A stretch of 64,000 bases of DNA, taken from assembly GCA_012295275.1 (NCBI GenBank), contig CM022673.1, positions 17,174,001 to 17,238,000 on the forward strand. The letters run 5' to 3'. The notes below the pieces were generated by a model. It searched no databases and was not told the DNA's origin. It saw nothing but the letters and a program-made list of their open reading frames with translations. The stretch is from Chrysomallon squamiferum. Lineage: Eukaryota; Animalia; Mollusca. The translations under genes and the position numbers were made by a program. Shown piece by piece: positions 12,599-25,500 of this stretch (its first letter is position 1; the number at the start of each line of letters is the position of its first letter).

Positions 12599-15500
12599 AA
12601 CCATAGATAACCAAATCAGACTCGGTCTTTTCTTAATGTCCCTTTCTTTCCTTTTTAATTGAAGGACTGTACATTGTTGTCTGATTCAAGAACAATTTGT
12701 ATTATATAATCTTTATTTTTTTTTTTTTTTTTTGTCATGATTTTTTAAATAAGAAATCATTGTTAGTTATTAAAATTAATATACATATATATATATATAT
12801 GTGTGTTGGTTTTTTTTTATCTTCAGCCTGTAAATATGTTGTTTTTCTATTATTTTAAGAATCCATTCAGGTATAAATGGATAGTTTGAAATGGCCAAGA
12901 ACCATTGAATAATATAGAACAAAGAAGTATTATTTTAAGAATTTTGTAAGAGAATTGTTAAAACAACTTTAACAACTTCTTATTTTGTGAGTTTTATGTT
13001 AGACAAAAAAAAGAAGTCAAACAGACAGATCCTAATAATATAAGGTTCTGTGACATCCAAAATGTACATTTAGCTGTCATTAATTATTGTAGTATTATTT
13101 ATTTTGTGAGCATAATTAGTTTTAGGTGTATAATATAAATTTTTACATTTTTATTTATCTACAGAGTATAACAAAAAAAAAAAATTATAGTTAGTAACAC
13201 ATTGTCTTTTTTATTGTGTAATGGGCTGTATTATTAATTAACACCGTATACATACTAAAAATGACAATTTTTTTTTTTTTTTAAATGTCATTATGCATAC
13301 CTGTACTTCATGATATTTCATAATCCATGGTAATAAAGTTTTATACATTACCAGAAGTGCCTCTCTTTCTCTCAGTGCTTTTAAACTATCCATTCTCTAA
13401 CCATACTTACATGTAATTTATATTCATTGATTTATAGCTTTTATTAGATTAGTGCATTAATTAAAAAGATATATGTTAATCTTACATATTAGAAAATTGA
13501 CACATCTTTATTTTTTAAAAGTGATCCAAATTTTAAAAGACATGTTTTAAAAGATGAACAATAAATTAAAATTCAGATTAAAAAAAACATTTTTATTTCT
13601 TTTGATCCTGAAAATGAATGTCATATCAAAAAAGTATCTTATTCACCAATACTGAATTCATATATATTTATTAAAAAAAAATAAAAAAAAAAAAAAAAAT
13701 AATAATAATAATAAAAAATTAAACAGAAAAATAGATAACTGACATTACTGAAATGTTTTTCAGTCTACAGTTATTGGTCAGGACCAGTGTCAGAATATTT
13801 TTTATAATAATAAATAAAGAAAGGAAAAGAGAAAAAAGACTAACAAAAATATATAGCACACTAATAAAACTTAAAATTTTTTTTTTTTAAAGATGTCAAA
13901 AGGAAAGGAAAAGAGTATAATAAATAAACAAGTCTTCCTAATATAAAAAGACATACACATTTCAGTTATCTCTTTAAACTTCCATCATTTGTTTCAGGTT
14001 TTACTCATGTATTCTCTTTCTTTAACACCTGTCACAGTCCATTAGTTGCCAATTTTTAACTGATTTTGTATTTGGCTCACTAACCAAAGATGAGCTACAA
14101 ATAGTCATTAGTCAAAATGTATAAACAGATATTTTTATCTTTTTTTAAAAAAGTAAATGTATAAAATTTATTTTTATACTAGTAAATTTCATTAAATCTT
14201 CTAGAGTTTATCGTGTATAACCAAATAAGAAATAAATGTTTACAATTAGTCTCAACAGTATATTGTTTTTATTTTAACATTAATAACTGATTTTTTTACA
14301 TGAAAAACTATATTTTTATAAAGGGATAGAATTATTTATTAAATACTGTTAAAACAACAGCATAACAGTAACTTAATAATCCTTGTACTTAATTATTTAG
14401 TGTTTATGTTTTATAGGTATTTTGTTTAAATTAATATTTTGATGTAATTCTTGTACTTGTGACTTTTTTCTTTCTTTTGTATTTTGTTTTAGTCTGTGAT
14501 ATTTTGTTGTTCATATATTTTCATAAGTGCTTCTGTGATAATCTGGAAGAAATAAATATTATGTTCATAGCATCTGTTGTTTATGTTTTCATTTGGAAAT
14601 TACATGTATGGAAATGGCTCGCAAATGCTTGGGACTTGTTCATTATTTTAAAATATGTACCATTTTGTTCTTGCATACAGATTTTTGTTTATTGATATCT
14701 AAGAAGAAATGTTGTTTTTAATGTTTAGAAGAAAAGAAAAACAGCACATACCTCAATTTTTGATACAATAGTTTTCTTGAACTAGTGGACCCTTCATACT
14801 CTGTGAAAATATTTTTTATTAGCCTACTTTTCTTTTGAAATTACAAAACATTATAGTACTTTAAAAAAGAAGAAATATGAATATAATAATAAATCAATGC
14901 TAAAATTATCATCATCTCAGACTCAGCAATGTATTATCTCCTCCTTTAATCAATGTACAAAATGCTTTATGAGACCAAACAACAGTAGCTGTCATACAAG
15001 TTAGAACATATGATAAAAACTTCAAGGTGACTGTTTTAGGCAGGTGGCTGTGCAAGCAGCTTTGACTGTATATTTTTAAGCTGTTCACATCATATAGCCC
15101 TACTTGATAATGCAATGACCAAATATTTAAATTTTTAAATAACAAACCAAAAAAAAGCTATTAAATATTTATTACATCTAAATAATTTGTAAACGAATAA
15201 ATAATACATTAAAATATACAAATGCAACATAATAATAATAAAAAAAAATTCTCTCATAACTATGACAAACTTAAGATGAACATGGCAACATGCTTGATCT
15301 GTTCTATTACAATTACATCAATTATGTATTAAATGTATTAAATGTTTAGAGAATGAATATTAAAAAAATATATATAGAGAGAGTTTCACTTAGAATGTTT
15401 AGAGGTTTGTAATACATGAAATGTTTTTCTCTTTCATGAATACATTAACAGCTATAACCAATGTAAATTAATTAATTTATTTATTTATTGTAAATCATAC

Positions 15501-18500
15501 TAACCAGTAATTTTACTTTATTATGTTTTATTTTTATTTACACTACTCTATCTGTAAAATTTACTAACAGTATATACAGTAAACGTAAAAATTAAAAATA
15601 AGATAAAATAAATAAATAAAAACAATATTATTCAGATATTGAAATGACAAATAAATATATAAATTAAAAAAGCAAACCAAAAAGTAAAAATAAAATAAAA
15701 TTGAAAAATAAAACCAGACATTGCCAAAATGTGTTAAGCTGTACAAAACATTCATACTGGATGATCTGATCTGGAAAATTCTTGTAAAAATTAATAGATT
15801 CATCCAGATCACACAAGAAATACTACAAAAAGTAAAAATATAATATTAGTTACATATTCAACATTTCAACAAGATAAAACAGATTTCATCACTTACAAGT
15901 AAAAATTTTTGTTCAAAGCTTTATTAACATTTTCCACCTTGACTTGGAGAAAGAAACAGTTTAAATATCTGCTTATAATTTGTTGATTATACAGTTGTGT
16001 TTTCAGAATAGTCATCTATCTCCAAAGTAGACAACCCATATGAGTACAAAAATAAAATAAATTAATAAAATAAAATGAAAAAATAATAATAATGATAACA
16101 AATAGAGTCCATCATAAATAAATGATATTGCACAAAAATCACTTATAAAATTAGTGTTTTAAAAAAGCACTATTCATTACAATTAGGAATGTGAAAACAA
16201 CAATACCCTAAATTCTGTTAAGTTATTAAATAACAACTACAAATCACTGTATGTATCCTGATTATAATTATATATTCAAATGAATGTGTGAGGAATTTGA
16301 TATTTGTGAAAAATAATTTACAGAGTTTGTGTTATTTTCATATTTTCTAGCTTAATTGCAGATTTTCTTACACATAATTCCTGATTTCATTAATTTTGCC
16401 ATAAATTTGGAGAAAATAATCAACAGTTAAAAGATAAAATGTGTAAATAAAAAAATGGATAAAAAAGATAAACAACCAAAATCACTGAACTTAACAAAAT
16501 GTAATAAATGAATATTAGTTTCATCAGTTAATAAAATTACTTTTTAAAATATTTTTCTTGACTAACTGCAACCTGATTATATTTCTATTTATAGCAAAAA
16601 GAATAAAAAAAGAATAAAGAAAAAACATTTAATATTATCCGATGTTTAATAAATATAAATTTCAGAACTGAAAAACAAATATTTTCTATGTGTGATTTGT
16701 TATGATGACTAGGACTGAAAATAAAAATTTTAAGTAAATTTTAATACTGTTTAAAAAAATATATTTATATACATATTTGTAAAATAAAAACTAACAGTAA
16801 TAACAAAACATAATGACAATAGTTGTTTTATAATGAACTGAATAATAAATGTATTTACAATACTAAATATGTTTTACATAAAGATATGTATTGAAATAAA
16901 ACTTAAATTCATGCATGTCATCACATCAAAACATAAAAAATCCAACAAACATTCATTTCTATTCTGAGTGATAATCTTATCCTTTTTCATTTATAAAGGT
17001 TTTAAAAAAAATCGGTAAAGTAACACTGAAAAGATTTGGAAAATAAATTTGAAGCAATGATTTCAAATTATTTTTAAATTGTAAAGGGAGATAATAAAGT
17101 TAGAAAAGAAGCAGGGGCAGAAATCCTATAAGGGGGATGTTTTCCTACCCACAAACTTAAACACACTGATAATATATATATAAAAAAAATAAAAATAATA
17201 ATTAACTGGATCAGCATTAAAACATTAATAATGATTCAATAAAAATCCTGAGTTATCTGGCTCATAAATCTTGAGATAAATTAATCAATATCACTTCAAC
17301 AAAATCTCAACACAATTAATTATTAACAACTATTATGTATCACATGACTGTTTGTAATGATATTACAGAGAAAACTTCCTTTCCTCACACTACTCTTTAT
17401 GTTAAAGTAAAATACTTACTGATTACATTTAAAAATGAGTGAGTGAAAAAATGAATGTGCTAATCAGAGCAAACTGTTATGAACCATGCCTATAACAGTC
17501 TCGTTCTCTGACAAAACCAAGGAGTAAGTCTGTCACAGAGAAGAGTTGGTAGAGAGAAATGAAGGGGTTCTTGTTAAAATTAGGGAGTGCAGAGGAGGTT
17601 TATAAGGTGCTATTCATTTGTATAGTATTCAGAATGTTCAGCAACGAACATCAGTCTAATTCAAAATGATTGAACAAATCAATAAATTTCTGTTGTCTGG
17701 TAAAACAATTTCTGAATTGTGATAGGTCAGTGAGATGACCCCTGTCGGTCAGCCAGTCCAACCAGGTAACCCTTGACCTCAGTAGCATAGTCTGAGCTGT
17801 CTGGCTTTTCTGTTAGGACCCAAGTATCATCAGAACTGTTGACTTTATATCGACAAATAGGACATGTGTTGTGACTGACATTCCTGGCAGAAAGAAGAAA
17901 ACTAATGAACAAACAAATTAAAAAATCATCATATGAATAAGGATGTAAAAAAACTTAATAAAATGAATTTTTAAGCATGTTAAGTTTTTGCTTTGAGAAT
18001 CTGTTGCCAATGACAAGATATTTTCAATTAAAAAATTTAAAAATAATAAAAAAATATATTAAAAAATTGATCTAGTATTTCCCTGCCAAAAATACTGAAG
18101 CTGATAAAAAAATAACTAAATCATTTACATGAACCACCCTGTTTCAGCAATATTCTTGAAACAATGATTGTCAATAACTAATCATTAACAATTTCACCTT
18201 TCCACACAATACAAAATTATTAGCTGATAATCATATATTAATTATAATTAAAAAATAATTCTGAAAAGCTATCTGCTAGCCTGACATTCCACAAGCTACT
18301 TTCATCAATTAGTAAAGAAGATAACAAGTGACCTATTTTCTTTTACTCATATATATATATGTAATAAGTAAAAAAAAAAAAAAATTGTAAGAACTAACCC
18401 ACCTTGGAATGTTATACTGGAAACCAGTTAAGACATTTAAACTTTAAAATTATCCATTTTGTTATAATCTCTGTTCTTGTTAAAGTGAATTTATGTTCAA

Positions 18501-19354
18501 TTTGTTAATAATTTACTTTTTTTACTTAACATGTTAAAACAAGCAGCTCTAAAGATATGTAAAAACTAATTATATTTCGTCACTTATGAAATAATTAGTT
18601 AAAAATACTTACCAAGAATCAATGCATATTTCACAGAATTCATGATTGCATGTTAATATTATTTCTGATTTTCTGTCCATACATATACAGCATTCATTTT
18701 CATCACTAACACCCTGATCTGCAGTAAAACTGTCAAAGAAAATTAAACAAATACAAGAAATTACAAAAAGTCTCATAATATTTTACCTGTTAATTGAATC
18801 TTAAATTCATAATTACTCTGTAAAAAACATTACTGTGATTTTAATTTTACTACAATTTATGATAACTTACAATTTCAAATTTGTTATTACTATAATTATT
18901 TTATTAATTTACATTATTTAGTATTATTTCATATTTATTAATAATACTTTTAATTTATTACACTGTTTTGAATTGATTAAATTTACAAACAGTATTTAAA
19001 ATTAATGATTTGAAATTTATTAAAAATATTCTAAATATATTAATACTATTTTTAGGACTTACTCATCAAAAATTTTTGAAGCTGTAATATCTTCAGACAT
19101 CTGACCAAGAGAAGGTGGAGTTGAAGTAAGACATTTCACTTGTTCTGCTATTTCTTTGTACATTACAATGTACTGACGGAGATTTAAACAGCGAGATGAT
19201 TCCAATTTATTGTTCTGTGTGTTAATCTAAAATATAAAGTAATGTAAAATAAAGCATAGAAAAGTGTGGTACAGTACAGTACAGTATAGCTTGGCATGGC
19301 ATAGCATATTGTATAATATAGTAAAATATGGTATGTGATGGTAAGGTTCAGTAT
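12048..19354 (+). repeat. Segment A, copy 1 of 3 (~7.3 kb direct repeat)
   Basis: Near-identical to 22053-29333 and 32031-39311; the same ORFs recur at ~10 kb period (14459/24443/34426; 17727/27706/37685). Confidence 0.97.
17727..19226 (-). pseudogene. RNF141: Partial RNF141 duplicate (exons 3-5 only: 19226-19063, 18729-18613, 17883-17727)
   Basis: Exons match the intact copy with splice sites retained; coding exon 2 is absent and exon 1 is inverted. Confidence 0.88.
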
Positions 19355-19369
19355 CAAAAGTATCAGTAT

Positions 19370-19705
19370 AAAAAAACTAAAATAAATAATAATAAAACAA
19401 CTCCACAATGCAGTCAGTTGGTGATAAAACAAAGACAAAGTGCAACAGAAACTAAAATAATACAGAGAAAATGTAAAAAAAACCTAATAATAATAATAAT
19501 AATAATATTAATAAAAATTAGATGTTAATTCTAATTGTTATCCAAAGTAAAGAATGGATCAGAATTATTTTTTTTAAATTATCAGAAAGTAAATTTTAGA
19601 ACTAAATAAAGCAATATTTATATATGTTTATTAATTTTTTATTTATTTATTTTATGTTTTGTTTTGTTATTGTTGATGTTGTTGTTGTTTATTTTCTTTT
19701 AGTTC

Positions 19706-19742
<37 letters not shown>

Positions 19743-20101
19743 TTGGTTTTGTTCTTATGAACTACAAAAATAACCCAACCAAAATCTTCCCCTTGGCAAT
19801 AATTAGATGTGAATGTCATAATTATTTCTATTTGTTTATCCATTCCTCAACACAATAACAATTATTATTAAGAATATAATGAAATTTCAGGCATTAACTG
19901 GTAAAATGTAGCCAAAATTAATTCTGGTAAAACTAGAGTCCAAGGGTAGTCATAACATAATAATATTCTGCAAGAAACCAAGCAAATTAATGATTTTAGT
20001 TTTGTATAGTGAAAATCAGAATGGTTGATATATAAAACACATTTTATAATAATTGCATAGCTCATTGATAATTAAATACTAATAACAGATGATTATATAT
20101 T

Positions 20102-20133
<32 letters not shown>

Positions 20134-20469
20134 CATTATTATTATTATTATTATTATTTTATTATTATTATTATTTTATTATTATTGTTATTTGTGTTAA
20201 TCTTGTTGTTAAAACTTGAAACCTCTCATTACTGAAAATTATTTTTATCTTATTAATAGTTTCTTTGTTTTCTGTTTTTTTTCTTCTATTTTCTATTATT
20301 ATTTTTGTTAATGTTGCGGTCTGTCTTTGCTTTCTCATCAAAGTTCTGTTTTATAATACTTTATTATGCAACTGCCTTCATTTAATGCATTTGTAAAACT
20401 ACAGTTGCATAATAAATAAAACAACAGTATGTTAATGTTAATAATGGAAATAGAACACAGAATATCAAA
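19370..20469 (-). repeat. Inverted copy B' #1
   Basis: Reverse complement of 10898-11990 with few SNP and microsatellite differences. Confidence 0.95.
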
Positions 20470-22057
20470 TGAAGAATATAGATTATTGTAAAAAATATAT
20501 ATTTTGTTTTAAATTCTGATGATTACACGGACACTGTGACAGTCACATAACTGATAATCATAATGTCGTATGGTCACGGTGGTGATGAAGAAGTCTAGTG
20601 GCACAATAAGACAGTTTCATAACATTATTTAAAAATTTAAAAGCCTTGAAGATAAAAAAAAAATAATAATAATTAACAATTATAACAAAGAGATGATGTT
20701 AAGAACATAAGTAAGGAATAATATCAAATTATATTATAGACTGCATTTTTTAATAAGATGAATTAATATTTTTCTAGTTTTCAGTGTAAGATATTTGAAA
20801 ATTAAAATTAGTAACGGTCTGACTTCTATCTATTTCCCAAAGTTATTTATTAAACTCAAACTATAGTGTATATTTTGTATCAGTGACAGTGGTATTTTCT
20901 TTCTGCATATGTATACAAAAACATATAGTCTGTTATCATTGAGTTTAATTGTCACAGTTATTAATGCCAAAGATTTCTACATATATTTTTACATATATTT
21001 TAAAAAGCCCAATTATGATTAAAACATAATAATATATATATATAAAAACTGAATTTGTGAAATTAGTTTACTTTTCCATAAAAATAATAAAGTTCAAAGG
21101 TTTAATTCACCAGTGTGTATTATTAAGAATTCCAATTGTGACCTATTTTGCTCTGAGTAACAACCAAAGGTTTATAATAATGATGTATACAATATGCATA
21201 AAATCTGTCACATTTTTATTGTTTTATTTGTTGGAAGTATTTATTCATATTAAACAGTCGTGTGCATTTAACATTATTTGGTTTGAGTATTCCTTTAATA
21301 AGTTCTTGATAGAAATGACATTCTATTATTTTTTACTTTTTTTTGTAAGTACTAATATTTCTTTGATAAATAGATTTTAGGTATGTGTTAATATTTCTTA
21401 CTTGTATGAATGTATTTTTCTATAGACAGTAATATTTCTTGCTTATACAGAGGTGTTTTTATAATAATATTTCTTGACATTTATTAATGTATTTTTTTAT
21501 ATTTAATATGTTTTGGATAATGTATTTTTTATGCATGTTAGTATTTCTTATCTACATAAATGTAGTGTATATATATAAACACTCACAAATATACACACAA
21601 ACACACACATGCGTGCGCACACACACACACACACATATACATATACATATACATATATATTTCTTACATAAATATATTTTAGGTACAAGCATGACCTGAA
21701 ATGGGCCAAGGGTCAAGTCTTACTGAAGCCCAGGCAGTTATTCCTGAGCGTCTCCATGCTCACCTTGATATTTTCAAACATCTAGCAACACTGACATATG
21801 AACAGTTTTGTGAATCAATCAAAGAGCTCAATGAAATGTTAGTATATATCATCTTATATTTAAGAAAACCCAACATATTAATGTAGTCAGAAAACAAATA
21901 ATGAAGAAAAGACTTTTTAATAATGCACTCGTTGTATTTTATTAATGGTTGCTTATATGGAGTTGGCCATATTTAAAAATAAATGAATGGATTTAAAAAG
22001 TCTTTTCTTCCTTCCTTGTTTACTGTCTTTAAAACACATTAATATACCTTAAAATTT
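20464..22057 (-). repeat. Inverted copy C' #1 of the RNF141 5' region (40484-41912)
   Basis: Reverse complement of 40484-41912, including the first coding exon (MGQGSS..., now on + strand). Confidence 0.95.
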
Positions 22058-22493
22058 TGTTATAACTATTTTTTGAGGTTTAAAATGTTAATTTAGAGTT
22101 AACAGTTTTGTTTGATTTTAGTAGGAAAAATTATTTACAGATAGTAGCATTTTTGTTTCAATTGTCTTTTTTTTTATTTTTTTTTTCCTGTGATTTTACA
22201 ACTAATTTGTAAATTTTATAAATATCTTTAGACCAGAATATTGCAAAATAAAATTTGATTTCTTTGCTGCATGTGGAGGAGAGAGAGAGAGAGAGAGAGT
22301 GTGTGTGTGTGTGTCATTTATAAAATATATAAAAATAAATATGGACAAAAATATGAATTTTTACTTATTTAGCTAACACTGAATTAAATATATAACAACT
22401 ATATTGAAATACAATTTAATAATTTATTTTTGTTCACTTTATTTTAGGAACAAGTTCCTGGTCAAACATCACCACCACCAAGCCCTTTTATGA
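21701..22493 (+). CDS. Candidate chimeric 60-aa ORF: inverted RNF141 coding exon 1 (21701-21837) spliced to duplicated LMNTD terminal exon (22448-22493), copy 1
   Basis: Donor AT|gttagt at 21838 and acceptor ttttag at 22447 are both intact; product MGQGSSLTEAQAVIPERLHAHLDIFKHLATLTYEQFCESIKELNEMNKFLVKHHHHQALL*. Expression unknown. Confidence 0.4.
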
Positions 22494-22597
22494 AGCCACA
22501 CCATCGGAAGGATGTTGGTCTTCGACAGGTACAGTCTCAACACAACACTGACTATGCACCACCCATGCCTAGACCACCACTCTTCTCTGCATGGTAA
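22448..22597 (+). pseudogene. Duplicated LMNTD terminal exon (copy 2)
   Basis: Same coding sequence as 12449-12598. Confidence 0.85.
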
Positions 22598-25500
22598 AAC
22601 AAGTCTCTCCATAGATAACCAAATCAGACTCGGTCTTTTCTTAATGTCCCTTTCTTTCCTTTTTAATTGAAGGACTGTACATTGTTGTCTGATTCAAGAA
22701 CAATTTGTATTATATAATCTTTATTTTTTTTTTGTCATGATTTTTTAAATAAGAAATCATTGTTAGTTATTAAAATTAATATACATATATATATATATGT
22801 GTGTTGGTTTTTTTTTATCTTCAGCCTGTAAATATGTTGTTTTTCTATTATTTTAAGAATCCATTCAGGTGTAAATGGATAGTTTGAAATGGCCAAGAAC
22901 CATTGAATAATATAGAACAAAGAAGTATTATTTTAAGAATTTTGTAAGAGAATTGTTAAAACAACTTTAACAACTTCTTATTTTGTGAGTTTTATGTTAG
23001 ACAAAAAAAAGAAGTCAAACAGACAGATCCTAATAATATAAGGTTCTGTGACATCCAAAATGTACATTTAGCTGTCATTAATTATTGTAGTATTATTTAT
23101 TTTGTGAGCATAATTAGTTTTAGGTGTATAATATAAATTTTTACATTTTTATTTATCTACAGAGTATAACAAAAAAAAAAAAATTATAGTTAGTAACACA
23201 TTGTCTTTTTTATTGTGTAATGGGCTGTATTAATTAACACCGTATACATACTAAAAATGACAATTATTTTTTTTTAAATGTCATTATGCATACCTGTACT
23301 TCATGATATTTCATAATCCATGGTAATAAAGTTTTATACATTACCAGAAGTGCCTCTCTTTCTCTCAGTGCTTTTAAACTATCCATTCTCTAACCATACT
23401 TACGTGTAATTTATATTCATTGATTTATAGCTTTTATTAGATTAGTGCATTAATTAAAAAGATATATGTTAATCTTACATATTAGAAAATTGACACATCT
23501 TTATTTTTTAAAAGTGATCCAAATTTTAAAAGACATGTTTTAAAAGATGAACAATAAATTAAAATTCAGATTAAAAAAAACATTTTTATTTCTTTTGATC
23601 CTGAAAATGAATGTCATATCAAAAAAGTATCTTATTCACCAATACTGAATTCATGTATATTTATTAAAAAAAAAAAAAAAAAAAAATAATAATAATAATA
23701 AAAAATTAAATAGAAAAATAGATAACTGACATTACTGAAATGTTTTTCAGTCTACAGTTATTGGTCAGGACCAGTGTCAGAATATTTTTTATAATAATAA
23801 ATAAAGAAAGGAAAAGAGAAAAAAGACTAACAAAAATATATAGCACACTAATAAAACTTAAAATTTTTTTTTTTTAAAGATGTCAAAAGGAAAGGAAAAG
23901 AGTATAATAAATAAACAAGTCTTCCTAATATAAAAAGACATACACATTTCACTTATCTCTTTAAACTTCCATCATTTGTTTCAGGTTTTACTCATGTATT
24001 CTCTTTCTTTAACACCTGTCACAGTCCATTAGTTGCCAATTTTTAACTGATTTTGTATTTGGCTCACTAACCAAAGATGAGCTACAAATAGTCATTAGTC
24101 AAAATGTATAAACAGATATTTTTATCTTTTTTAAAAAAGTAAATGTATAAAATTTATTTTTATACTAGTAAATTTCATTAAATCTTCTAGTTTATCGTGT
24201 ATAACCAAATAAGAAATAAATGTTTACAATTAGTCTCAACAGTATATTATTTTTATTTTAACATTAATAACTGATTTTTTTACATGAAAAACTATATTTT
24301 TATAAAGGGATAGAATTATTTATTAAATATTGTTAAAACAACAGCATAACAGTAACTTAATAATCCTTGTACTTAATTATTTAGTGTTTATGTTTTATAG
24401 GTATTTTGTTTAAATTAATATTTTGATGTAATTCTTGTACTTGTGACTTTTTTCTTTCTTTTGTATTTTGTTTTAGTCTGTGATATTTTGTTGTTCATAT
24501 ATTTTCATAAGTGCTTCTGTGATAATCTGGAAGAAATAAATATTATGTTCATAGCATCTGTTGTTTATGTTTTCATTTGGAAATTACATGTATGGAAATG
24601 GCTCGCAAATGCTTGGGACGTGTTCATTATTTTAAAATATGTACCATTTTGTTCTTGCATACAGATTTTTGTTTATTGATATCTAAGAAGAAATGTTGTT
24701 TTTAATGTTTAGAAGAAAAGAAAAACAGCACATACCTCAATTTTTGATACAATAGTTTTCTTGAACTAGTGGACCCTTCATACTCTGTGAAAATATTTTT
24801 TATTAGCCTACTTTTCTTTTGAAATTACAAAACATTATAGTACTTTAAAAAAGAAGAAATATGAATATAATAATAAATCAATGCCAAAATTATCATCATC
24901 TCAGACTCAGCAATGTATTATCTCCTCCTTTAATCAATGTACAAAATGCTTTATGAGACCAAACAACAGTAGCTGTCATACAAGTTAGAACATATGATAA
25001 AAACTTCAAGGTGACTGTTTTAGGCAGGTGGCTGTGCAAGCAGATTTGACTGTATATTTTTAAGCTGTTCACATCATATAGCCCTACTTGATAATGCAAT
25101 GACCAAATATTTAAATTTTTAAATAACAAACCAAAAAAAAGCTATTAAATATTTATTACATCTAAATAATTTGTAAACGAATAAATAATACATTAAAATA
25201 TACAAATGCAACATAATAATAATAAAAAAAAATTCTCTCATAACTATGACAAACTTAAGATGAACATGGCAACATGCTTGATCTGTTCTATTACAATTAC
25301 ATCAATTATGTATTAAATGTTTAGAGAATGAATATTAAAAAAATATATATATAGAGAGTATCACTTAGAATGTTTAGAGGTTTGTAATACATGAAATGTT
25401 TTTCTCTTTCATGAATACATTAACAGCTATAACCAATGTAAATTAATTAATTTATTTATTTATTGTAAATCATACTAACCAGTAATTTTACTTTATTATG

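Noticed and set aside
17727-21886. A complete second RNF141 gene
   Set aside because: Coding exon 2 (40007-40115) is missing and exon 1 is on the opposite strand.
21701-22597. In-frame RNF141-LMNTD protein fusion
   Set aside because: The donor is phase 2 and the acceptor phase 0, so the LMNTD exon is read in another frame (14 new residues, then stop).
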